A DNA stretch of 64,000 bases from IMG/VR virus record IMGVR_UViG_3300032373_000001. The stretch is one strand, 5' to 3'. A model generated the notes under the pieces. The model was not told the DNA's origin, ran no database searches, and saw only the letters and a program-made list of their open reading frames with translations. Below, one piece after another: positions 28,380 to 38,062 of the stretch. Source of the DNA: a virus (lineage: Duplodnaviria; Caudoviricetes). Numbering within the stretch: position 1 is the stretch's first letter; each line of letters opens with the position of its first letter. The translations under genes were made by a program, and so were the position numbers.

Positions 28380-30815
28380 CTATACCAAGTTGGCCAGTCT
28401 CATTGACAGCCCGGAGCTCCGCTCCTGGGCCTTGTTGTTCCGGATGGCCTTCATCACCGCCGAGCGGGTGCCTACCAGGTAGACGCGCTTCTTGGCTCGG
28501 GTGATGGCCGTGTAGAACAGGTTCCGCTGAAGCTGGCGTCCGAAGGCGTCCAAGACAGGCAGTACGATGACATCGTACTCCTGACCCTGGCTCTTGTGAA
28601 CAGTCTGCGCATAAGCCAGCCGAAGGACCTTGACGGCATCCGAGTACTTGTAGCGGATGACCCGGTCCGGGACGCCGGGACCTTCGAAGACCTTGACCTC
28701 GATCTCCTTGGCGCGCTTGTCGATGCGGCTGACCTTACCTACATCCCCGTTGTAGACTCGGTTGTCGTAGTCGTTCTTGATGACCATGACGCGGTCACCC
28801 TCGCGGATCACGTCGTTGCCCAGGCGAACCTCAACAAGGCCCGACACCTGGGGATTCAGGGCTTGGCGGAGACGGTGGTTGAGGACTGTCACCCCGGAGT
28901 CCCCGCCGTGGCGGGGACTCAAGATCTGGAAGTTGGCGCGCTGGTGGTAGAGGGTCCGGGCCAGGGCCACGACCTGATCGCTGGCGTCGGTCTCATCGGG
29001 GGCCTCCTTCAGAACGAAATCCTTCTGGTCGATCTGAGGGAACTTCCCGGCGTGAACGGCGTGGGCTGCCAGGACGATGCCCGAGGTGTCTGCTTGGCGG
29101 AAGATCTTGTCCAGGTGAGTGTGCGGGAAGACCCCCGACTTCACCATGTCGCGGAGCACGTCACCGGAACCTACAGAGGGCAGCTGGTACGGGTCCCCGA
29201 CGAAGAGGAAGCGGCAGTCCTCCCGCGTGGAGATCACGAGCCGATACAGCATGTAGAGGTCGAGCATCGAGCTCTCATCTACGATGACCAGCTTTGCCGG
29301 GTGAGGGTTGTCAGGACCATAACCCCACTCCTGGCTGCCCCGCGCGTTGGGGTCGCGGCCTTCAGAAGACCCAGTCACTCCAACGTAGGTGGCCTCCCGG
29401 TCCTCTTGATCCTTGCGGAAGCCCTTCGCTCCGAAAGCACGGTGAACGGTGTGGGCCTCTACCCCAGTGACGCTGGCCATGCGCTTGGCGGCGATGCCTG
29501 TGGGGGCTACAAGCAACAGGGGGATGCCTGCATCCCGCGCCACACTGACGATGGCCTTCAAGGTCGTGGTCTTGCCCGTGCCGGGAAGGCCCGTGAGGAG
29601 GCTCACCGGAGAGATCAGGGCAAGGGTCGCGGCCTTCATCTGATCCTGCGTGAGGTTGACCTTCTTGGCGCTGGCCCAGCTCTGGAGAGCAGAGCGCGCG
29701 GCAACGTCCAGCGTGCGCCCAAATCGGACCAAGGCGGTCTCCACATGCCCGCTGGACATCGCCAACATGTCCAGCAACTCGTCTTCTTCCAGGGGCCGCT
29801 TCAGCTTCAACGCGAGGGCTTCTGCCGACCCCACCTCGACCTTGTAGTGCCACGCATCATACAAGAGCTTGTTGCCGGGGTCTGTATCCCGGTCCACGAT
29901 GAGCTGGCCGCTCTTGACCAGGGCTCCGATGGCTTCAGCGATCTTGCGCGCTGGGGGTTGCCCCGAAGGGACCAACCGGGTGACCCGGTTGACCGCCCCG
30001 ACCACAGAGCAGTACACGTTGCCTTCTCGGACCACATCCTTGACGGCGCTGAGCACTGCCCCCTGAAGGCGTCCGGGATGGTCGAGGCCGACGCCCATGC
30101 CTTGGGCCAATGCGTCTGCTTCCTTGAACGTGATGCCAGGAACCTGGGTGATGACCCACGGGTTGCGAGTCAAGATCTCTTGAAGGTCCCCACCAAACTT
30201 CTTCCGGATCCGGCCGATCGCACGGGCGTTGAGCCCTGCCCGGATCAGGAAGGCCGCGCCGTCGATGTAGGTCCGAAGCGACTTCCAGTTGGTCAAGACG
30301 TGGGCAGCGGCGACCTCATCCATCCCCGGAGCCCCGTCGAGGTCCTCGGCTTCCAGGACCTCGAACATCGTTTTGCCCAGCTGCCGGGCATGGCGCTCCA
30401 CGGCGTACCGCATCGAAGGCCCGACGCCGCGGGAAGTCAGTGCCCCCTTGACCCGCTCGTTGGTCCAGTTGTTGAGGCTGACAGGCGACCGAACGCTCTG
30501 GAGCTGCTTGCCGTATTGAGGGTGGTTGATCCAGCGGCCCTCAAAGGTGAACCAGGTCCCCGGTTTCATCGCCATTCCGGGGAAGTCCCCCTTGACGGTC
30601 ACCGGGGCAGCGGTGCTCGCGAACAGGCCCATCGGGTCGTTGGGGTCGTTGACGGGGCTGACGTCCGGGCGGATCTTTAAGATGAAGAAGTCGTCGTTGG
30701 AGTAAACCACGTTCAGCACACTTCCGCTGAACGCTTGAGTCTTACTTTTGGGCTTGGGCACCCGCATCTCCTCTTGGGTTTTTTCGCGATGGCTCCATAG
30801 GAGCGCCTGCGTCAC
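28380..30815 (-). CDS. recD2: RecD2-like SF1B helicase
   Basis: HhH region (NPWVITQVPGITFKEADALA), GLPGTGKTT, VDESSM, GDPYQLPSVG, IFRQ, YAQTVHKSQGQE, FYTAITRAK. The start may instead be the ATG at 30767. Confidence 0.92.
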   Translation of the reverse strand: MTQALLWSHREKTQEEMRVPKPKSKTQAFSGSVLNVVYSNDDFFILKIRPDVSPVNDPNDPMGLFASTAAPVTVKGDFPGMAMKPGTWFTFEGRWINHPQYGKQLQSVRSPVSLNNWTNERVKGALTSRGVGPSMRYAVERHARQLGKTMFEVLEAEDLDGAPGMDEVAAAHVLTNWKSLRTYIDGAAFLIRAGLNARAIGRIRKKFGGDLQEILTRNPWVITQVPGITFKEADALAQGMGVGLDHPGRLQGAVLSAVKDVVREGNVYCSVVGAVNRVTRLVPSGQPPARKIAEAIGALVKSGQLIVDRDTDPGNKLLYDAWHYKVEVGSAEALALKLKRPLEEDELLDMLAMSSGHVETALVRFGRTLDVAARSALQSWASAKKVNLTQDQMKAATLALISPVSLLTGLPGTGKTTTLKAIVSVARDAGIPLLLVAPTGIAAKRMASVTGVEAHTVHRAFGAKGFRKDQEDREATYVGVTGSSEGRDPNARGSQEWGYGPDNPHPAKLVIVDESSMLDLYMLYRLVISTREDCRFLFVGDPYQLPSVGSGDVLRDMVKSGVFPHTHLDKIFRQADTSGIVLAAHAVHAGKFPQIDQKDFVLKEAPDETDASDQVVALARTLYHQRANFQILSPRHGGDSGVTVLNHRLRQALNPQVSGLVEVRLGNDVIREGDRVMVIKNDYDNRVYNGDVGKVSRIDKRAKEIEVKVFEGPGVPDRVIRYKYSDAVKVLRLAYAQTVHKSQGQEYDVIVLPVLDAFGRQLQRNLFYTAITRAKKRVYLVGTRSAVMKAIRNNKAQERSSGLSMRLANLV

Positions 30816-30841
30816 GAGGTCGTACTTACCGGCAAAGGAAG

Positions 30842-30870
30842 CGGGGAGTAGTCCATCGGACTACTCCCCG
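30842..30870 (-). terminator. 13-bp hairpin, probable terminator of the 30904-32355 gene
   Basis: cggggagtagtcc-atc-ggactactccccg, with only a weak U tract. Confidence 0.55.
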
Positions 30871-30903
30871 GCCAGTGCTTGTAATCCCGCCTTGCGGGGC
30901 GGA

Positions 30904-32355
30904 TTACTTGTCTTGTTTCTTCTGCTCCAGGTAGCGGTGCGCGATGCGCTCTGCTGCCCGGTGGCCCCGGTAGTTGGGGTCGATCAGGTGCTGGTCGCTG
31001 ACCGCCCGATCGAAGGTCTCGCCGAAGTCCCGCTTCATACGCAGGTGGCGCTGCTCCTGCTCGCGCTCCAACCGAAGCTGCTTGCGGAGCTTCTTGAATC
31101 CGGGAACCTTCTTGAGACGGCGCAGGGCCTTCTCCATCTGGTCGTCGAACACGTCCTGGTCCCAGTCCATGACGTCACGGCGGGTGGGCCCGCGATAGGG
31201 CTCCGGACCCTCACCCGCAGGGTAGATGGGGCCGACTTGGCCGGTCCCACCCGGCCCCGGACGGCGCTGGCTCTCGGTGAGGAACTCCATCAGGTCCTGA
31301 CGCCCCATGATGAGGCCCGCGATCTCGGAGCTGCGGAGGGCATCCTCCATCCTCGGCTTGACACCCTTCCGCCACTCGGTGTTGAACAGGACTTCCTTCT
31401 TGCGGAGAGCCTCGGAGTCGTTCGGGTCCAGGTCCAGTTGGCCGCTGCGGATCAGCATCTTCACCGCAGCGCGGGCGTTCAGCGCGACTTGACCGTTCCG
31501 GGAGAACTTGAGGAGGGAGGGGTCCTGACGAACGAGGTCCCAGATCAACTTCTGGGTCCTCCCGGTCATCCGAGGACGGACCGCAGCGTCCACCAACGCA
31601 GCAACCTCCGGGTCCTTGTAGAGGAACTCCGTGAGCTGTTGCCAGTTGGCGTCTTCGAGGCTGCGAGGGTCAGCCACAGTCTCCTGAACCGAAAGGCCCT
31701 CGCCGACTGGGATGTCCAGCGGCATCATGAAGACCTCTTCCTTGGGCGCGGAGCGGGCCACGTCCATGCCGAACTGTCGGCCCGACTTCTGGGCGATGGC
31801 GTTGAGCCCTCCCAGGGTGGGGGCCTTCTTGGCCCGCGTTCCCAGCCAGTCGAAGACGCCTCGCCGGTTGAGCTTCGACAGCGGGGTGCCCGTGAGGGGG
31901 CTGTATCCCAGGAGAAGGCTCGAAGCGACGTCCGCCGGCATCAGACCGCGAACAGCATCCTGACCTTGAAAGGCTCCTCGGATACCCTTCAGGAAGCTCG
32001 CGAAGACCCCCTGGTTCTTCATGCTGATGAACTTCCGGACCTCGCTGGCGCTCATCCCCCTCTCGACCATCATGACCTCAAGGAGGCGATTGGGGGTGCC
32101 ATCCTTGAGGGCCTGCTGAAGCCGGGAGAAGGTGTATCGGGGCTTCTTGCTGAGGGTGTTGGAAGGTTCCCCAGTCAGGCCCTCAAGGTAGCTCGCGCGG
32201 GCGAACAGGTCGAGGTCGAGACTGGCCCGACGGTACAGGGACGCCTGAACCCCCCTCACCGGGTCAAAGCTGGCCTCAGCGGAGGCCAGCTTCCGGCGGG
32301 AGTCGAATTGGGGCAGGGCCTTGAGGATGAAGTTGGCGACCAAAACGCGGTTCAT
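30904..32355 (-). CDS. Hypothetical protein, possibly a divergent sigma-like factor
   Basis: ATG at 32355 with GGAG. The segment PLDIPVGEGLSVQETVADP resembles the sigma region 3.2 linker. Confidence 0.7.
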   Translation of the reverse strand: MNRVLVANFILKALPQFDSRRKLASAEASFDPVRGVQASLYRRASLDLDLFARASYLEGLTGEPSNTLSKKPRYTFSRLQQALKDGTPNRLLEVMMVERGMSASEVRKFISMKNQGVFASFLKGIRGAFQGQDAVRGLMPADVASSLLLGYSPLTGTPLSKLNRRGVFDWLGTRAKKAPTLGGLNAIAQKSGRQFGMDVARSAPKEEVFMMPLDIPVGEGLSVQETVADPRSLEDANWQQLTEFLYKDPEVAALVDAAVRPRMTGRTQKLIWDLVRQDPSLLKFSRNGQVALNARAAVKMLIRSGQLDLDPNDSEALRKKEVLFNTEWRKGVKPRMEDALRSSEIAGLIMGRQDLMEFLTESQRRPGPGGTGQVGPIYPAGEGPEPYRGPTRRDVMDWDQDVFDDQMEKALRRLKKVPGFKKLRKQLRLEREQEQRHLRMKRDFGETFDRAVSDQHLIDPNYRGHRAAERIAHRYLEQKKQDK

Positions 32356-32456
32356 GTGTGGCTCCGTGGGCTCGCTACGGATATCCGTAGATAAGCTGCT
32401 GATTGAACACCCGAAAACCCTGGCTCTGAGCGAATCGATGAATTTTCCCACGATTT

Positions 32457-32487
32457 CTGATTTCCTGATCGCTCGCGTGCCGTAATG
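32457..32487 (+). promoter_or_regulatory. Early promoter CTGATTTCC-N14-CCGTAATG
   Basis: Both boxes and the 14-nt spacer are identical to the copy at 60213. Lies upstream of the 32625 gene. Confidence 0.65.
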
Positions 32488-32624
32488 ATTTTGTGGCGTG
32501 ACCCGTACTCGGTTCGCTGACCGGGTCAGCCACACGGAGCCCCACCCGCAACGGGAACACTCTCGCTCCGTTCTTCCCACAACGTGACACCAGCCCCCTC
32601 CTGAGGGGAAAGGTTTAAAACCAG

Positions 32625-34274
32625 ATGAAGCTCCAGCTCACCGAAGCTCAGGCATGCGCGTTCGCCGACGACTCAGGCGTGCCCGCCCTCCTCCCGGCTG
32701 ACCTCACGAAGGCTTTCACACAGCGCTGCGCAGTCCGCGTTCTGGCAGCTTTCTGTGCGGGCGGGCACGACACCATCACCCGCCGCGACATCATGGGAAC
32801 CCTGGTTGCCGCCGGATTCCCCGCCAAGCAGAACCCCAACGGCAAGGTGGTCCGAGGCAAGCTGGGCATCCCCGGCGTCCCCTTCGGCGGCTCCGACTGG
32901 GTCGGCGACGTGATGAAGAAGCACTGCTCGCCCAGCGACCGCCGCAGCTACTGGGACATCACCGGAAAGGTGGAGGTTCCCTCCGAGCCCGAACCTCAGG
33001 CAGCCATGGAAGAGGCGTCGGCGGATGAGGTGATGGCAGCCTTTGCCCTCCTCGACCAGCCCAGCCCGGCCTACCGGGAGCCGCCGACCGCCCAGGAGCA
33101 GGACGCCTTCGAGCAGCTGTTCGACCAGGGCACCCCGCTGCCGTCCGCCGCTGGGGCCAGCGTGCCCTCCCTGACCGGCGACATCGCCTCCCCGACCACC
33201 ACCCAGGACTACCTGAACCTGCTGGTGGCGGAGGAGTCCCTCGCTGCGATGGCCGCCATGCCCATCATCACCCCGGCAGCGCGGGCCATCCTGACCTCGA
33301 CCCTCAAGCAGGTCCGGACGGCACTGCCCTCCGAAGACCTCGTCAGCGAGTGGGTCACCGACATGCCGCTGGCGGAACTCAAGCGGCGGGTCGCCAAGGG
33401 CGAGACGCTCACCTCAATCTGGTTCGAGATGGAGATCCGCTACGGAGCGCTCCAGCAGAAGGCAGTCACCCTGATGCGGAAGACCTTCACCATCGAGAAC
33501 GAGGAAGACCTCGAAGGGGACTTCCGGCTGGCTCTGGCGAAGTGGTCGGTCTGCGAGCCCCGCAAGAACCTCAGCCCCGGCGGCACCCCCCAGGACCAGT
33601 GGAAGGCGGGAGGTTACTGCGACAAGTTCATCCTGCAGGGCCAGCCCCCCACCCTCAACAAGCTGATCTACTGGCTGAAGCACAAGGTCACCAGCCGCCT
33701 CCAGCGGGAGGGGCAGATCCCGGAACTGCGGCAGGCCAAGGGCGTCCGCACCCAGCTGGAGCTGACCGAGATCAACGTGAGCGGGGACGCTGGGTTCATG
33801 CACCCCGACGCACTGCTCGGCGACCCCAACTCCCCCCGAGCGGTCTGGGTCGGTGACATCGAAGACGGCACCCGCCGTCAGGAGTTCGTCGCCCCGGAGA
33901 ACACCCGCAGCAGCGACTCCCCCCTGGAAGAGGGGGAGGTCGATGCCCTCATCATCGCCATGAAGATGGCCGGGGTCGAGTGCGCTGAGGCGGTAGTCAC
34001 CGGCATCCAAGAAGGCAACACCACCGCCGATACCCAGGTGGCGCTCCAGGCCGTGGCGGTGCTGGTGGCCAACTCCACCGCCGTCCTGCGGCTGGTGGTC
34101 GAAGAGCCCTACAGCACCACCGAAGACCTCTCCGGAGAGGTCGAGATGGCCCCCGACCAGCTGGCCCTGGCCCTGGACTTCCTCCGGGTCAAGGGCTACC
34201 TTGAGGCGCAGGGGGCCTGCTACATCGCCAGCGATGCGGGTCGGGCAGCGGATCAGATCCAGCTGGTCGCCTGA
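32625..34274 (+). CDS. Large early hypothetical protein (sigma-like middle, winged-helix C-terminus)
   Basis: 549 aa with very strong C/G third-position bias. C-terminal STTEDLSGEVEMAPDQLALALDFLRVKGYL is wHTH-like. Confidence 0.85.
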   Translation: MKLQLTEAQACAFADDSGVPALLPADLTKAFTQRCAVRVLAAFCAGGHDTITRRDIMGTLVAAGFPAKQNPNGKVVRGKLGIPGVPFGGSDWVGDVMKKHCSPSDRRSYWDITGKVEVPSEPEPQAAMEEASADEVMAAFALLDQPSPAYREPPTAQEQDAFEQLFDQGTPLPSAAGASVPSLTGDIASPTTTQDYLNLLVAEESLAAMAAMPIITPAARAILTSTLKQVRTALPSEDLVSEWVTDMPLAELKRRVAKGETLTSIWFEMEIRYGALQQKAVTLMRKTFTIENEEDLEGDFRLALAKWSVCEPRKNLSPGGTPQDQWKAGGYCDKFILQGQPPTLNKLIYWLKHKVTSRLQREGQIPELRQAKGVRTQLELTEINVSGDAGFMHPDALLGDPNSPRAVWVGDIEDGTRRQEFVAPENTRSSDSPLEEGEVDALIIAMKMAGVECAEAVVTGIQEGNTTADTQVALQAVAVLVANSTAVLRLVVEEPYSTTEDLSGEVEMAPDQLALALDFLRVKGYLEAQGACYIASDAGRAADQIQLVA

Positions 34275-34314
34275 CCCCTTGTAGGGTGGCAACCCACCCC
34301 CCGACTTCGAACCG

Positions 34315-34347
34315 AATCCCCCAGCCGTCACGGCTGGGGGATTTTTT
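34315..34347 (+). terminator. Intrinsic terminator
   Basis: aatcccccagccg-tca-cggctgggggatt followed by tttt. Confidence 0.85.
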
Positions 34348-34934
34348 GATTCTGCGTTCGACCCCCACCCTGCAAGGGGTTCCCTCTGTAATGCCCCCAG
34401 GAAACGCCTCCTTGGCGTTTCCCTTCCGGGGCCCATCGGGTATAGGGTGGACGGGCCTCTCTATTTCCCGAAGGGAAGGGAGAGTGTCCTCGGGCCTCCA
34501 GCGGGGTTGACGGTTGCTCCAAACCATCTTCGCTCAGTCTGTAGGGTGCCGAGGCAGGGGAAACCCTGGTGGCAAGGAACTCCACCGCCCACCCTCAATG
34601 AGAGTGATCGGCCTCATTGAGCAAAACGGGAACTAACCAAGGCTCCACCCAAGTGAACCCCGCAGAACAACTCACTCCCCACTACTCCCGACGCCGCGCA
34701 GCGGCGAGCGGACGAGTGGGAGTGCTGCCAGGCTCATGGGTGTCGGGGCTGTCTTGTCAAGGGTGCCCTCCGACCCTCCCTACGCCGTCAGGCGTAGGGA
34801 ACCAGCTCAAGGTGTTGAGCCGGTCGGAGATAAACAGGCCCCCGGCAGGACGTCTTGTCTTCCTGACCGCCGAATCCCAGGAGTCCCCTGCTCTTGCCCC
34901 CCTGGCCGAAGGCCAAGCGGCAGTGAGCAGGTGG

Positions 34935-35372
34935 ATGGATGCCGGAGCCCTCGGAAGAGGGGAATACATTCTTGTTGATTCTGATTCCAACCCTTCAGGG
35001 GAAGGAATTGGGTATCAAGAAGAATTGGTTCAAGGTTTATGCATGGAAGATACCGACTCTAACAACAAGAACCAGATCCTTACTAAGAAGCCTACATCCA
35101 AGAACCCTACAACCAATACCAAGAAGCTGAGTGAGCATAAGCATCTGAGCCCTAAGCAGAACAACAAGAACCCTAAGAAGACAACCAACAAGAAGCTGAA
35201 CAAGAGTCTGAGTCGTGAGATACTTGCAGCGATTGAAGTCAGTCGAGAGAGAACTGCTCTGAGTCCGAGAACTGCTCTGAGTCCTGAGAGTGAGAAGAAT
35301 CTGAGAAGAGATTCTGTCTGTGTCTGGAAGAAGAGTTCCAGCTACCTGAGTCTTGGAGGGCTTCCAAGATGA
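34935..35372 (+). CDS. Low-complexity Lys/Asn-rich ORF overlapping the candidate origin
   Basis: NNKNQILTKKPTSKNPTTNTKK...RTALSPRTALSP. The stop overlaps the next start (ATGA). The true start is uncertain (open from 34617). Confidence 0.4.
   Translation: MDAGALGRGEYILVDSDSNPSGEGIGYQEELVQGLCMEDTDSNNKNQILTKKPTSKNPTTNTKKLSEHKHLSPKQNNKNPKKTTNKKLNKSLSREILAAIEVSRERTALSPRTALSPESEKNLRRDSVCVWKKSSSYLSLGGLPR
35249..35284 (+). repeat. 18-bp direct tandem repeat (2 copies)
   Basis: gagaactgctctgagtcc at 35249-35266 and 35267-35284. Confidence 0.95.
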
Positions 35373-35908
35373 ACAAGAAGAGATCGAACAACCTTGCCCC
35401 CTATCGGACTGCCTTGGAGCTTAGTCGGGACTGTAGCGTCCCCTTGATGCTCCTGGTTGAAGGCTATGCAGAGGTTCTGTTCCCCGAAGGGGACAAGAGG
35501 TCTGCACCGAGCAAGTGGGTGAAGATCCAACAAGTGGGAACCAAGACCGGGGAGCCAGGCTCCTACCAAGCTGTGCCAATCTACATTCTGGCTGAGCAAT
35601 GGAATCGAGTCTTCGTGCCCTTGTTGAATGAGAATGGGTCTCGTCCAGCTACTTGGAGAGGGATCCTACCTGGACTGAACAATAGGGATGTCCAGCTATT
35701 GGACTCCATTGTAGGTCCAGGAGGGTCGGTGCCTTCTGGCTTCGCCGAAGGCGACCTGATCGGGCAGAGTGCTCTGCCGACAGAGAGTCTGGGTCTGCTA
35801 TACGGCTGTGACCAGTCGATCTTGGATCGAACTACGGGCAAGACAGTGGACTACTTGAGCCAAGTCACTGCCTTGATCTACAACCAAGCAACCAGCCAGG
35901 GCTATTAG
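35369..35908 (+). CDS. Hypothetical protein with AT-richer codon usage
   Basis: 179-aa ORF coupled to the upstream ORF. Confidence 0.7.
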   Translation: MNKKRSNNLAPYRTALELSRDCSVPLMLLVEGYAEVLFPEGDKRSAPSKWVKIQQVGTKTGEPGSYQAVPIYILAEQWNRVFVPLLNENGSRPATWRGILPGLNNRDVQLLDSIVGPGGSVPSGFAEGDLIGQSALPTESLGLLYGCDQSILDRTTGKTVDYLSQVTALIYNQATSQGY

Positions 35909-36020
35909 GTCTCCCAGCAAGGGGGTCCCCCCAACTACCGAGCTTGATGTGTGCCCTGCCCACGAAGTGGGCAAAAGCAAGTCACCTTCGGGGGTAGGGC
36001 ATTCCAAGGAGGAGAGACCC

Positions 36021-36245
36021 ATGAGCCAAGACGACAACCAAAAGCCACGCAAGCGGCCACCCCCTCCCAGGAGGAAAGTCGAACGGCAGAAGGTGTGGAT
36101 GCGCTGCCGCGCAAAACACGGGTGCGATGGTAACTACGCTTGGAAGGGGTTGGAGTTCCGTCTCAATGAAGGCGGCAAGGCTCTCCGCTATCAGTGCGAC
36201 CTCTGCAAGGGAAGCTGGCACGTGACGATTGGCGGGGCCTTCTGA
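36021..36245 (+). CDS. Small zinc-ribbon protein
   Basis: AAGGAGG SD. CRAKHGC...RYQCDLCKGSW. Confidence 0.7.
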   Translation: MSQDDNQKPRKRPPPPRRKVERQKVWMRCRAKHGCDGNYAWKGLEFRLNEGGKALRYQCDLCKGSWHVTIGGAF

Positions 36246-36302
36246 GCCCCTGCCCGCTACCAGGTAAGTTTGGGTCGTTCTACGACCTGGAGTCCTTGAT
36301 AG

Positions 36303-36947
36303 ATGAGCCTGCTTTTCCATGGCCCCCTGGCGCGAGACGCAGCAGTGGCCGAAGGCCAGAAGCTGGGTCGGCCGCAAGACCCGCTTGGCGACAAAGGACT
36401 CAAGATCGCTGACAGTCGGGCCATCGCCAAGATGGCCCTCCTGCCGGGAATCGGAGACCACCCCCCTTCCTTGGTGGTGGGTCCGCTGGACTCGGCAACG
36501 CCCGAAGCGGCCGATGCCCTCCTCAAGACGATCGAGGAAATCTCCAACAAGCCCCTCCAGCTCATCTTTTGGGCCAATGACATCCGAGGGGTCATCAAGA
36601 CGATCCGGTCTCGATGCTTCACCCGATGGTGCCCCGCGCCCCTCAGTGGGCGCGGCTACCAAGACCCCCTGGCCCACCTAAAGGGACACGCCAACTCTTT
36701 GATGAGGGCTGCCCTGGAAGGCGACGTAGGTCGCCTTCTGTCCTCCTTGGAGGAGGCTGGGGCGGCTACCCCCTCGGTGGTGTTTAAGGGGGTGGAGGAC
36801 CTTGCTGGGAGCTTAGATGGGGCCTCTGCCCTGCGGGCAGTGAAGCTCTGGGAGCGGATCCGTAAGTCTCGCGTCTTGCATCCCCGTGCCAACCTGGGGC
36901 CGGTCAGCTATGCGGCTGTCCTCCTGCCTTTTGAGGAGGACGCATGA
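36303..36947 (+). CDS. holB: DNA polymerase III delta-prime-like clamp-loader subunit
   Basis: EAADALLKTIEE and KTIRSRC (SRC arginine finger). No Walker A. Confidence 0.8.
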   Translation: MSLLFHGPLARDAAVAEGQKLGRPQDPLGDKGLKIADSRAIAKMALLPGIGDHPPSLVVGPLDSATPEAADALLKTIEEISNKPLQLIFWANDIRGVIKTIRSRCFTRWCPAPLSGRGYQDPLAHLKGHANSLMRAALEGDVGRLLSSLEEAGAATPSVVFKGVEDLAGSLDGASALRAVKLWERIRKSRVLHPRANLGPVSYAAVLLPFEEDA

Positions 36948-37975
36948 TCAGCTGGCGCAACCCGCCTCCGGTGTTCGTGGTCGGAGGGAACCTCCACTTC
37001 TTGATCGCCAGGTTTCGAGAGCAGTCCAGCATCGCAGCGAAGGCTGCGGGCTTCCAGATTCAGCGGGCGTCTTCCCAGGAGGAGGTGTTCGACGCTCTGG
37101 ACTTCGCAGCCAGTTTTGGGGAAAAGACCTTGGTCTACCTGCCCCTGAAGGAGATAGACGTCGAGCTGCTCCAGCACGTCCAAGAAGAGGCCGGAGGTAG
37201 CTTCTGCCTGATCTGCCACACGGATCAGCCCCTCACTTCTTCCAAGATCAAGAAGGGCCAGAAAGCGGTCTTGGAGGAGCTGCATGCGAGCCTCCAGGTC
37301 TCCTTCGTGAACCCCACGTCCAAGAAGGACCTCGAAGCCTTCGCTACGCGGTTCCTGAAGGTAGAGGTCGAACAGCTCATGGGCTGGACCCCCGAGAAGA
37401 AGAGGGCGGAGGGCGAAGTCATCCCTAAGCGACTCCTCGCTGCTGCCGTCAAGGCCGTGGGGACCGACGTAGGGCGGCTGAGCTTCGAGGCCCGCAAGTT
37501 CTGTGCCCTGGCCCGCAGTCAGGGGGCTTCGAAGATCGTCCCTGCTCACATCACTGCGGTTGCAAGAGGCTCCGGGGAGATCAACCTGGACCCCTTGCGC
37601 ACAGCCCTCCGCACCAAGGATGTCAAGAAGTGCGCTGCTGCGCTCTACAAGATCCGCATCCAGGCCGGCAAGCAACCTCCCACGCTCCTCCTACTGCGAG
37701 GCAAGGGCTCTCCTCCAGACCTCAGCATGAGGTGGCTGCGTGCTGCTGCTTTGGGCAAGAACACTGCCCCGACGGAGCTGGCCTCAAGGTTAGGGATTCC
37801 TCGGTGGATCCTGGATCGAGACATCTTGCCCGCGTTGAGGAAGTGGTCGGCCGAAGACCTGAAAAAATTAATTCGGAACCTTAGCCGGGCCGATTCCGGG
37901 GTAGGGCGAGGAGACCCATCCCCATGGGTGATGCTCGAAGCAGCATTGCTGATCGGCTGCTCCGGTAGCGCCTAA
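36944..37975 (+). CDS. DNA polymerase III delta-like clamp-loader subunit
   Basis: 343 aa, coupled to the holB-like gene. VGTDVGRLSFEARKF resembles the HolA G.D...L..EL.KL pattern. C-terminal LSRADSGVGRG...LEAALL. Confidence 0.6.
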   Translation: MISWRNPPPVFVVGGNLHFLIARFREQSSIAAKAAGFQIQRASSQEEVFDALDFAASFGEKTLVYLPLKEIDVELLQHVQEEAGGSFCLICHTDQPLTSSKIKKGQKAVLEELHASLQVSFVNPTSKKDLEAFATRFLKVEVEQLMGWTPEKKRAEGEVIPKRLLAAAVKAVGTDVGRLSFEARKFCALARSQGASKIVPAHITAVARGSGEINLDPLRTALRTKDVKKCAAALYKIRIQAGKQPPTLLLLRGKGSPPDLSMRWLRAAALGKNTAPTELASRLGIPRWILDRDILPALRKWSAEDLKKLIRNLSRADSGVGRGDPSPWVMLEAALLIGCSGSA

Positions 37976-38062
37976 ATACCCCACCCCTACTTGCCGCCTG
38001 GGATCAACGACAGTGAAGATCGCCCCCGGCAAGAAACACCACACGCCCCAACGGAGACCTGG

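Noticed and set aside
35083-35350. Repeats as a CRISPR array
   Set aside because: There are only two adjacent 18-bp copies and short pentamers, with no spacers of regular length and no cas operon.
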